A DNA stretch of 64,000 nucleotides from Octopus sinensis (taxonomy: Eukaryota). The stretch spans positions 19,716,001 through 19,780,000 of the forward strand of contig NC_043010.1 of NCBI RefSeq assembly GCF_006345805.1, in the 5' to 3' direction. Shown one piece after another: positions 52,490-64,000 of this stretch (positions within the stretch are counted from its first letter, which is position 1; the number at the start of each line of letters is the position of its first letter). The notes under the pieces are model-generated. The model worked only from the letters and a program-made list of their open reading frames with translations, searched no databases and was not told the DNA's origin. A program made the translations under genes and the position numbers.

Positions 52490-52795
52490 TTGGGTTAGTG
52501 TTAGGGTATTCAGCTCATAGCCTTAAGGTCGTGGGTTCAATACCTGGCAGCGTATCATGTCTTTGAGCAAGACTCTTTATTCTACGTTGCTCCTGTCCAC
52601 TCAGCTGGGATAAACGAGTAGTTCCTGTAATTCAAAAGGAGCCAGCCTTGTCACATTCTGAATCTCTTTGAGAACTATGTTAAGCCTATGCACATCTGTG
52701 GAGTACCCAGCCACTTGAGGATTAATTTCACAAGAAGGTTGTTCCATTGATCGAACCAACAATAACTCCTGTCATCGTAACTGATAGAGCACCTG
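52490..52795 (+). mobile_element. tRNA-derived SINE family D copy
   Basis: Head ggttagtgttag...gtgggttcaatacctgg; body is the reverse complement of 4150-4400. Confidence 0.75.
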
Positions 52796-54819
52796 TTTAA
52801 TGTGTTCACATATCTTGGTTGTGGGAGTAGGGGATATAACCAATGCCCCCAGTATACAACTGGTACAGGTAATAGTAATAACGATTTGTTAACTTTAGCA
52901 CAAGACAGGTGAAGTAGTGGACTGGATCAAACCTCAATACGTAACTTGGATTTATGTTAGAGACCCAGGAGGAACAAAAGGTCAGGTTGACCTGCCTGAG
53001 AGGGAAATATCAATTATGTAAATCCCAGGATATGACTGGTACACACTGAACCAGGATATTATTTTGATTAGGTCTACAGGAAGACGGATGGTCCCTGGCT
53101 TCCACAGAACCTCCAATACTTGAATACACTGGTATATTCATATAGATACAAACATTCACAGATATTCACCCCCACATTGTATGTGTGCGTATGTGTACAT
53201 ACCTTCACTGTTTATACAAGCTGTACTGATACATAAACACACAGAGACATCTATAGTACCCTACAACACAGGGTACTATACATGGTAAATATATTTTATT
53301 GATGCAAATAGAGGTAATGGTGTATGTAGTGGTAGATGGTGGTGTTCTACTGGTAATATAGTAACTATAGTAGTAGTAGTGGTCATGGTAAATATGTAGT
53401 GGTGGTGGTGGTGGTAGCAAGTGATACGCAGAAGTGGCAGTAGTGGTAGCAGATAAGCAGAGGTGGTAGCAGTGGATGGAAAGAAAAGAAAAGAATTTAT
53501 AAATAAAAGCTCCTGCAAAAACGTAGGAAGATACCAACTGGATTTACATACAGACATTATATTCATATACACACATTTGCGTGTGTGTGCGTGTGTGTGT
53601 GTATGTATATATATATATATAAACACACATATTTGTAGCTGTCTGTCTGTCTATTTATCTCTGTATGTGTATGTTTGTGCCTATACACACACACACACAC
53701 ACACACACATTTGTTTTGTTTATTTCTTCAGTTTAAAGTTATAGCCCCAACTAATTTTCTAATTATTTAAAATCATTCATTGAGCACTTTTGGGGCAAGT
53801 TGAGACGTCTTGTAGGATTTCATGTTAGCCTAATTGCCACACACACACAGTTCCTTACTGACAGCATGTTTATAGTTAGAATGTATGCATTTGTGTGTAG
53901 TACTACAGCAGTAGATATTCCATGTGGTTGAAAAATGACCAGCACAACACCACCACTGTACCCCTAAAACCCTACCCCCATTACTGCAACAGCACCACCA
54001 CCCCTCCAAATAGGGGTCGCATGTTAGGACAACTTGACCTGATGTAAAGATGTTCAAAATTCTATAAGGATATCAATGGAGGGGTCAGTACTTAACACCA
54101 CCACCACCATACTGTGAAGGGCTGAACTGACCAGCACACAGGACATCTGTGAGTAGAGTGTCTGAACTGACCAGCAACATTATGATATGACCAACACTCT
54201 AGACATATTAGTGAGAGAGAGATGGGTGACGATGGTAGGTAGCAGACACTTAAGAAATGACTGGTAGACCATCATCATCATCAACATCATCATCAGACAA
54301 GCCAAAATAGAAACCTCTACACGATTGCTCAACATGCTAGAAATAGCAGTCAAATCTCCCCACTGCTGAATCATATCATTCTATTAAACATCTTAAAAGA
54401 AAGGAAGAACACATTAGACGATGCAGTCCCAACTATACAAACAGAAAGGATGGCCATGGTGGGAATGTCTTGGCTCATAACAGTCTGCTCAATCACAGTA
54501 ACAACAACAACTATGGATTTTCGAGGGAGCCAGTTCTTTACACTAGAAGCATGATGGGGTGGTGATGGTCATGGCTAGAACATTTCTGATATTTGGTCTA
54601 CACGGTCACTTCTGACCAGGAGCTAAACAACACCACCCCCACCAACAACAGCAGCAGCACTACGAACAACAACAAACATCGCCAATAACAATAACATCAG
54701 CAACAACAAATATTACATCAGCAACAACCAAAATACACACAGACAGACAGACAGACAGACACACCCATACACACACACACAACTAGAGAAAAGCATGCAA
54801 AGCAATGTGGTGAAAAACA

Positions 54820-54821
54820 CC

Positions 54822-54860
<39 letters not shown>

Positions 54861-54977
54861 GTAATAATAATAATAATAGTAATAATAATAATGATAATGT
54901 TGACAGTAGTAATAGTAAAAATAGTAGTAGTAGTAACAACAATAGCAATAATGGTAATAGTAGTAGTGGTAGTAGTA
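54820..54977. repeat. (TAA)n/(TAG)n microsatellite
   Basis: Direct observation. Confidence 0.9.
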
Positions 54978-56451
54978 CCGTAGAACAACGTAAACTCCTC
55001 CGTCAGTTTCAACGGTGTTGTGGCTGGCTGTGTTGACTGAAGGGTTCAATTCCAGCTGACTACGGTTCTTCTCCATCAGACTATCAAACAACAACAACAA
55101 CCACCATCGCCACCACCATCACCACCTCGCTGCTGCTGCTGCTGCTGTTGTTGTTGACTGAGTGCGAGTGCGAGTGTGAGTGTAGGGTAAAGAGAGGAGG
55201 TGTTTGGCTTCTGGCCAGAAACTGACTGCCATACAGACAAACAGCCATACAGACACTGGCGGCTGCAGTGGTGGTGGTGGCGGTAGGGGTGGTGGTGGCG
55301 GTGGTAATGTTTGTGAGTGATGAGTGATTATCTATCTGTGGCTTGTCAGTAGTTGGCAGATGTAGATTTAGATGTAGCAGTGGTGGTGGTAGTCGCCACA
55401 ATCCACCCACCACCACTATCCCAATGAAACAAAAATCACCAAATTGTATTTACATTGCTGCTGCTGCTGATGCTGCTGTTGTTGTTGTTGTTGTTGTTTA
55501 GCCCAAGGTTGGTCCTGACGAGTAAACTAATGATCAAAAATGTTCTGTTTGTAACCATCCTTTTTTTTTTTGCTTATTTACTAGGAACCCAGAACCAACA
55601 TATCCATTTACTATAGGACGGCTGGGTCTGGTTTAAGGGAGATCTGGCTGCTATTTCCTGCAGGTTGAGCAAGAATATATAGATAGATGTTCTCTCATTG
55701 GCTTGCTGATGATAACAATGATGGCAATAACAGCAGACACACAGACAGTACAAGAGATACGATGATGATGATGATAGCTGGCATCTAAATAATATTTATA
55801 TTGAGGAGAAAGATTTGCACTAACTGCAGCAAAAAAAATATACTACCACCACTACTACTACTACTGATGTTGGTATTAGTACAACTTTTACTGCTGCTAC
55901 TGCTGCCGCTAATCCACCCGCCACCCTTTTCGCCCCGCCCCACTCACTGCCAAAAGTGTTAATGTGGAAGTGTTAATATCACCTCTCAAAGATAATACCA
56001 TCGCTACACCACGGAGCAACATTAACACCTCCACACCACTCCTCCCATTAACGCCAAAATCATCGCTAACACCACAACCATGATTACAAGCTGAAGAAGC
56101 CTCCATCTAGCTGCTCAGCCTGCTAGAAACAGCAACTAAAATCTCCCTCAAATAATAAAGTACTACATTGGATGATGTGGTCAAGGATCCGCTATGTCTG
56201 AAAATGCAAGAAAGGATGGTCATGAGTGGAATGCCTTTGACCATAGGTCTGCTCAGTCAGTGATGACCTTGGGCTAATCACCACTACCACCGGTATGGGA
56301 CCACTGGTTGTCCAACAATGCTTGCCAACCATGAAGGTGGCCCAGCTAAGTTTCATAGCCAATGCAGAAACGTGTTTTCTGAGTTTGCTCACCCTGGGCC
56401 AAGCTGAGATTAGACATCATCATCATAAGCATGAGGAAGTCACCAACGCAA

Positions 56452-56920
56452 CACAGGCATGGCTGTGTGCTAAGAGGATGGCTTCCCTACCACATGGTTC
56501 CAGGTTCAGTCCTACTGCATGTTACCTTGGGCAAGTGTCTTCTACAATAGCCCCTGGCTGATCAAAGCCTTGTGAGTGGATTTGGTAGATGGAAACTGCA
56601 AGAAGCCAGTTTTATGTGTCTGTGTGTACATATATATGTGTGTGTGTATGCATGTATATATATTTATATATATATATATATATATAAGTGTGTGTGTGTG
56701 TATCTATGTTTGCTCCCCACCACCATTTGACAACTGGTTTTGGTGTGCTTATATCCCAATAACTTAGCGGTTTGGCAAATAAGATCGACAGAATGAGTAC
56801 CAGGTTTTTAAAAAATAAGTACTTGGAGAGGGGGTTCGATTTGTTCACCTAAAAACTCTTCAATGTGGTGCCCCAGCATGGCCGTAGCCAGATGACTGAA
56901 GCAAGTAAGAGATAAAAGAC
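56452..56920 (+). mobile_element. tRNA-derived SINE family B copy
   Basis: Same head, body and tail. Confidence 0.8.
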
Positions 56921-58004
56921 CATTAACACCACCACCACCCTAATAACAAAAACAACAGCAGCAAGGGTGCACTGCTGTCCTGCAAAAGAGTTTGGTGCAG
57001 GAAAGTGAAACCATGTGACACAGGTGTAAGATTAGCTGTAGGAGTGCTGCAGTCTACGTGTATCGTTTGCTGCATTCCTTAATGAGGCACTCCACATCAT
57101 ATCAGATACATATGAATATATCCATAGATACACACACACACACACACACACACACGCATGCATGCCTGCATGAAAGTATGCACTCACAAACAGACACACA
57201 CACAAATTAGACACTAACCGAATACATTTGAAAGGGTGTATAAATAAATGTGTGTGAGTGTGTAGAAACAGAAAAACTAAATGTTTATATATTTATTTGA
57301 AATTTAATATCTGACTTAAAAATAAACAATATCTTGCTTTCTACACACACACACACACACACACGTGCCTCTGTGTGTGTGTGTGTAAAAACATGTAACA
57401 TTTGATTAAATGTATATAAAATACAAAACTATTTAAGAATTGGAGCGGGGGAGAGAGAGGGGGGTAGAAAAACAGTTCACATCAAGACACAAACGAGCAC
57501 TTTCTCTGACACACACACACACACACACACAAGGTCACACTGCTACTTAAAATAGCGACACATACCAAGACATGAAGTCATTTCAAAGACTAATTACCAA
57601 AACTTCCACTTTCCTGATTCCACCAATAACAACTTACTACCCATGTGTGTGTGTGTGTGTGTGCCCATTATTTGTGTTTTCTTGTGCCACATTTCATATG
57701 GCACTGTGCCAATGCTGAGTGGCATATTAAACCCGTTAGCAGTGCAGCTGAATACTACTGCACCGTCAACCGATAAACATCATTCATTCTCTATTCCTCG
57801 TATACACAATTTAACCAATCGTAAACACTGCACTGGGTTTGCTGCTAACTCCACAAATGCAGGGTTTCACCTCTGGTCATCTTTCATAGTGGCCTTACAT
57901 ATGTATAATCACAGTATTGACCAGGCTATTGGATGTTGTTATCATCATCATCATCGTTTAACGTCCGTTTTCCATGCTAGCATATATATATATATATATA
58001 GGCA

Positions 58005-58175
58005 CAGGCGCAGCTGTGTGGTAAGAATCTTGCTTTCCAACTACATGGTTCTGGGTTCAGTCCCACTGTGTGACACCTTGGGCAAGTGTCTTCTACTATA
58101 GCCTGGGGCCAACTACAGCCTTGTGAGTGGATTTAGTAGATGGAAACTGAAAGAAGCCCATCTTATATATATATG

Positions 58176-58225
<50 letters not shown>

Positions 58226-58410
58226 TATATATATATATATATAATATATATATATATACACACACACATATATATATATATATATACACACACACATATA
58301 TATATATATATATGTATTTGTGTGTCTTTGTTTGTCCCCCCACCACCATCATTTGACAACCCATGTCAGATGTTGGTGTATTTACGTCCCTGTAACTTAG
58401 CGTTTCGCAT
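58005..58410 (+). mobile_element. tRNA-derived SINE family B copy with expanded central (TA)n
   Basis: Same head and body. Confidence 0.8.
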
Positions 58411-58739
58411 TGTTTTAGCTTTTGAATGATGCTACTCAACTGGTTAGGTGAGGAGGCCAACATTACCCCCTGGTCAGAAGACTAGCCCATTACGGGAGTG
58501 ACGCATTTACAGCTGAGTGGACTGGAGCAACATGAAATGAAGTGTTTTACTCAAGAGAACAACACACCTCCCAGTCCAGGAATTGAACTCCTGATCTAGT
58601 AATCATGAGTGCAACACCCTAACCAGAAGGCCACATGCACATGTATAATAGCATCACCAAGGCTACATCACAAAATTTCAGATTCTGCATTAAGCCCAGA
58701 AATTACTTCAACTGTGACCAATTGTTAATTGAATACTTC

Positions 58740-59025
58740 CTTTCGAGTGTTGGGCCTCACGGAGGCAATGGGCAAGACCTTTGGTATTATGTCATGCTTG
58801 AGCAGAAGACCCATCAAGCCGAACAAAATGGCAGTCGTGGAAAATACCAGTGTCATGGAAATGCCAGTGGCACATAAAAACACCCATTACACTCTTGGAC
58901 ATTAGATTGGCATTAGGAAGGGCATGCAGCCATAGAAAACCATGCCAAGTCAGACTGGAGTCTGGTGCAGCCTTCCAGCTTACCAACCCTGGTCAATATG
59001 TCCATTGTCCATACTAGCATGGCAT
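58740..59025 (+). mobile_element. SINE family A copy
   Basis: Signature. Confidence 0.7.
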
Positions 59026-59489
59026 TTTGTCCGATTCTAATTAAGAATATTAAATGGGAATAAATTGTGTGAAGTGAATCAGAGTTCAGTTTGTTTTTGT
59101 GTCATCAGAATGTGCAAAAAGTGAGTGGAGAGTTAAGAAGATAATGAATGCCTTCACATCATCACCGAATGTTTAGTATGTAGTGGGGTTGCCAGGGTAA
59201 GTATGGCAGATCTGCTATGTTTTGTGTGAACACAAGGATTATTATACTGAATAAAATTATCCAAATGTAAAGAATCTGGAAATAGTCGTAACCAGACTGT
59301 GGCAAAAGTGAAAAAAAGAAGGAAACAAGCCTTTTAATAATAGGTGACATGAGAAGAATTAGAAATTAAAAATATGGATACAAACAACATTATAACCAAA
59401 AGCCCACAACATTTACGCACAGAATACAGCACTACTAAACACTACTCACACACAGATTACAGTAACCAAGGTGTGTGTGAGCGTGTGTA

Positions 59490-59940
59490 TTATTATCATT
59501 GTTATCGTTTAACGTCCGTTTTCCATGCTAGCATGGGTTGGACAGTTTGACTGGGTCTGGAAAGCCAGGAGGCTGCACCAGGCCTCAATCTGATCTAGCA
59601 GTGTTTCTACAGCTGGATGCCATTCCTAATGCCAACTGCCCTGAGAATATAGTGGGTGCTTTTTACATTCCACCGGCACAGGGGCCAGAGGAACTGGCAT
59701 CGACCACAATCGGATGGTGCTTTTTATGCGCCACCAGCACGGGAGCCAGTCAAAGCGACACTGACATCAGCCACGTTTGGATGGTGCTTTTGACGTGCTA
59801 CCAGCATGAGGGTCACAACTACAATTTACATTTGATTTGATTTTGATATACTTGAGTCAATAGGTCTCTTCAAGCACAGCATGTCACCCTACGACCCTAC
59901 AATCGAAGGTACTTTTGAGTGGGTTGGATATGCAACACTG
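59490..59940 (-). mobile_element. SINE family A copy
   Basis: Signature. Confidence 0.8.
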
Positions 59941-59985
<45 letters not shown>

Positions 59986-60330
59986 TACATACATATCTAT
60001 ACAGACAATAGATATGCCCAGTGTAGAAAACACATTGTAGTGCTCAAATGAATTTGAACTCTGAATTCTTCAGCCAAACGGCCACAGCGTCAAGAGTAGG
60101 CATAACAGAAATCCAGGCAAGCTGATATGGAGATGGTGGATCCATAATGTCCATGGATACCATGGATGTCCATTCATTCCACAAATATAAATTACGACTC
60201 TAAGAAACATGTGATTTGTGGAAATGCATGGAGGAATGCATTAAAATATAAATTCTATCCATGGATTATCGTTATTATTATTATTACTATACACACACAC
60301 ACATTATATATATATATATATATATATATA

Positions 60331-60840
60331 CTAGCAGTATCGCCTGGCGTTGCTCGGGTTTGTAAGGGAAATAACTATATAAGCATTTTTAGAGAGTTAC
60401 TTCCCTTATAGATGCCAATTCAGGCTTTCTTAGCCATTTCTGTTTTGGTGTCTTCAAGCCATGAAGTCGTTGTTCTAAAAGAACGCTGGTCTCCTTGACA
60501 ACACTTTACGACGTTGATTTCCTTACACTCCCTTCCCCACAGCTTCACGAGGGAGGGAAGAAGGGGGAGAAGCAAACAGGTGCTGGTGTGACCATGGACG
60601 CCAACTCCGCCGCCATCGACACACGAAAAATTATGCATTAAAATGGAATAAAAAATGTTAAATTATTTTTAAAATCGTAGACTCATCGTAGACGCGCGCT
60701 AATACTCAGACGGGCTCGATATGAATCACGACTATAAGATACCCGAATTTGGTTAAACTGCACCGCAAAATGTGGGAGTAGTTAGGAATCTAAATCGAAG
60801 GGGACAGACACTCACACAACTACAGTTTTATATATATAGA
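60331..60840 (-). mobile_element. Complete non-autonomous Helitron (~510 bp)
   Basis: Minus strand starts TCTATATATATAAAA and ends with the hairpin CCCGAGCAACGCCAGGCG followed by CTAG; inserted in a TA tract. Confidence 0.85.
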
Positions 60841-61149
60841 TATATATATATATATACTGTTCCGTGATGGTTAGATCAACAAAAAAAGTACTCCATCTGG
60901 TGAGAAATATTATTTAATAGACACAATACAAGAAGAGGGTTGAGAATGACCTCAAAGTTTCAGCCTACTGGCCTTCATCCGTCAGTCCAGTGAAGACTAA
61001 GTAAACTGAAACTTCAAAGTTACTGTCAGCTATCTTCTTGCAAAAGTTTAATAAATGTTTTGCACTGAAAAGTATTAAATAATTCTTCAATTTAATGCCA
61101 ACTTGTTTGTTTATATGTGTACACACACACACACACACATATACATATA

Positions 61150-61311
61150 GGTGCAGAAGTGGCTGTGTGGTAAGTAGCTTGCTTACCAACCACATGGTTC
61201 CACTTTCAGTCTCACTGCATGGCACATTGGGCAAGTGTCTTCCACTATAGCCTGGAGCTGACCAAAGCCTTGTGAGAGGATTTGACAAATGGGAACTGAA
61301 AGAAGCCCATC

Positions 61312-61349
<38 letters not shown>

Positions 61350-61536
61350 CTGTCTCCCCACCATTGCTCGACAACCGATGGTGGTGTGTTTACGTCCCTG
61401 TAACTTAGCGGTTTGGCAAAAAGAGACCAATAGAATAAGTACTAGGTTTACAAAGAATAAGTCCTGGGGTTGATTTGTTCAACTAAAGGTGGTGCTCCAG
61501 CATGGCTGCAGTCAAATAACTGAAACAAGTAAAAGA
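61150..61536 (+). mobile_element. tRNA-derived SINE family B, near-complete copy
   Basis: A box ggctgtgtggtaag, B-box-like ggttcc...tcagtc, body ccttgtgagtggatttggtagatggaaactgaaagaagccc, central (TA)n, tail ggtgctccagcatggc..tgactgaaacaagtaaaaga. Confidence 0.85.
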
Positions 61537-61563
61537 ATATATATATACATATATATGTATATA

Positions 61564-61875
61564 TGGAAGATGCTTGTAAGCCATTCAAGAAAACACAAAA
61601 ACCATTAGATTCACTTCGACATTTAAATTTGATTTGTGTCAAAATATTTTCGGCGCTTTGAAACCACGACCTGTTCACTGACAAAACTTTGTGACAGGTC
61701 GTGGTTTGAAACTGACGAAAATAATTTGACACAAATTAAATTTAAATGTTGAAGTGAATCTAACAGTTTTTGTGTGGTTTTTAATGGCTTATAAACACCT
61801 TCCACACTGCAATCGTTTTTGCTTCAGCACATGATTTCAGATCAAGTCACTTGCTATGCAAGTACATTTCCGTAT
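61564..61875. mobile_element. Second palindromic repeat family, copy 2
   Basis: Clear similarity to 36715-37020, including the palindrome and the tail. Confidence 0.75.
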
Positions 61876-61897
61876 TATATATATGTATGTATGTATG

Positions 61898-61931
<34 letters not shown>

Positions 61932-63884
61932 ATAACGGGAAGCTTTATGAAAATAGACAAAAGACGAAGGCAGGTGGAAAACAAACGAACAATTGTATTA
62001 GTATGGCGCTCAGGAAATATAAATAAAACAAGTCTTTAACGTTATATATATATATATATATATATATGTTTGTATGTATGTATGTATGTATGTATGGAAT
62101 CCAAGCAGTTACATTATTAGTACTCTAATGTAATCCAGATCTGGTTAAACACATCGAATGATAGGGAACATAGAGAAATATTTACAATAAACAATTAAAC
62201 AGTACTCCACTAAATAAGTAAATCACAGGCTTACTTCAATGGATTTTATAGAGCATAGACAGAATAGAATCAAGACATCATGAAGAAGAATGGAGAATTA
62301 TACATCTTCAAGATATATTTATTAAAGCATTATTCTCATTAAATCTGTGTGTGTGTGTACACACACATACACAGAACATATGGAAAGCAACACTATTAAC
62401 CATCACACGTATTACATAAAAAAACACTACACAAACCAAAAGTGCAGATAAACACAATAAAAGTACAATAAAATAAAAGTGAAATAAAAATTAATTCTGA
62501 AAAAATAACAATATTTATTGAAGGATAAAATTAAGTTGCTGGATGTTGTACTTAATTTAAGCAACTCAAAATTATTCTAGTATTTACAAATTGGCTCAAC
62601 AGAGAAGTCTCTAATATGCAAGAAGTAGCAGCCATATCTGCCAAATGGCACCCTGCTGTCTTAAAATAAGAACATGTTAGTCAGTACAGTGCCCGATAAA
62701 CAAAAAAGACAGGATAGTCATGGCTGGAATGCCTTTGCTTGTATATCATATGGAGAAAGCTGAGATTAAATAACTGTTTAAGAATCATCAACTTTCTGCA
62801 GCTTCAGACAGTTTTCTAGAAGTAATTAACAACAAACATGTTATGTAACATAGTTAAAATAGCTTTATTGTGCTTACCTTAGTTACACTAACTTTATTAT
62901 GGAAGAGCTGAGTAACAAGAACCACTCCTACATACACACAGTCTTCTCTCTACACACACATAAACACACAGGGAATGGAAAGTAAAATGCTTTTTTCCAG
63001 TACCAAAGAAATGCTTGTTCATTTCTATAAACATACATTTTCCTCAATATTTACACAACCTAATCAGGAAACAAACATACGAAAATGTTCAAATGTCCGT
63101 CACCATTACCAATTATAAACAGTCTTTGACTGTTAGTTGGAGACAGTACTTATTCCTAATGGTACAATAATTCTGCAACACATTAAATGTCAATGTCTTC
63201 CTAACCAAGCAGAATATCACTAGTGTAAAAGAAGATTCCTCCAGCAAAGAGTCATTGAAATTCATAAAAGAGCTTATCTTCTAAAGCAACATCAGTTATA
63301 TCTAGATTCCATGTGTTGTTGTGTCTGTCTCTTCACAATAACTTTATTGATAAATTCAAGCTTGATAAACAAGACATCTTTGTTTGTGGCTTCACAGATT
63401 CCAGTGAGTCAGAGAGAGAAATTACTGCATATTTGTCCTTAGTGTTCATTTTTAATTACCAATTAGAAGTCACATTTCCAAACACATTTCTGTAATGGAA
63501 ACAAAACTACATTATCAACATCGTAATCAAGTTAACATTTGATTTTCTATACATGGGTAGGTTCAGACTGCAACACAGCTAGTCTCCACACTTTTTAATC
63601 GTTTGTTATTTTGTCTGTACGGACAAACATCCAAAGATCTGACCTCTTTTTGGAAAGAAGATATTTTTGAATTTACCCTCTGGTGATGATGATAATGATG
63701 ATGATAATATAGAATGTAACAGTCTATACACCCATATTTGATAAAGGGCAAATCCATCATAACTGATGCAACATTTACAAGAAATTTTTTAATACTAAAA
63801 ATGTTTTGGCATCTTAGTTAAGCTAACTGAAATGTAATGACCCATGAACACTTTAACTACTGTGGCCCATAAACATTGTTACAT

Positions 63885-64000
63885 GTACATTATTTACATT
63901 TGACGGATATCTGTCCTCATCTTGTTTGTTGTTAACACAACGTTTTGGCTGATATACCCTCCAGCATTCATCAGGGGTCTTGGGGAAATTTCAAACCTCA
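63885..64000 (-). mobile_element. Palindromic tRNA-head plus hammerhead-like element, copy 3 (one arm end; continues past the window)
   Basis: Same terminal sequence as 26316-26420; minus-strand CTGATGA at 63974-63968. Confidence 0.75.

Noticed and set aside
54960-55420. Relatively CpG-rich, triplet-repeat region resembling a 5' UTR or promoter
   Set aside because: No TSS motif or coding continuation identifiable; low complexity explains the composition.

Overview
Repeat-dense animal genomic DNA. The SINE, MITE and microsatellite content suggests an octopus (coleoid cephalopod) genome; this is inference, not verified. One host gene is supported: the 3' end of an attractin (ATRN/ATRNL1) orthologue on the minus strand. 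Four exons (19657-19579, 18830-18702, 10783-10630, 7044-6950) splice in frame to CFLSLLLIAAIFWKIKQKYDVYRRRQ-RMFAELEQMASRPFAVVSIDIERRVDGCIAEKKEKQDYRKKKK-VSNKPSPIALEPLNGQKAAVLSLLVQLPCGDEDYTPSNQSGLAIASALVSLG-NPRKQSCEPNKSDKNKHRRHIHQSHPDACI*. I found no upstream ATRN exon by eye, so 19658-64000 is read as part of one very large intron. The rest is mobile DNA: an internally deleted Helitron with a nearly intact PIF1-like helicase, a complete non-autonomous Helitron, Tc1/mariner remnants, nested RTE LINE fragments, four SINE families, many fold-back MITEs and microsatellites. The most notable observation is a ~480-bp palindromic element (two complete copies and one partial). Its two tRNA-like Pol III heads point away from a conserved 10-bp spacer, and each arm ends in a minimal type I hammerhead-ribozyme-like motif, suggesting a ribozyme-carrying, Penelope-related non-autonomous retroelement. 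All calls were made by eye without database searches; repeat boundaries are approximate.
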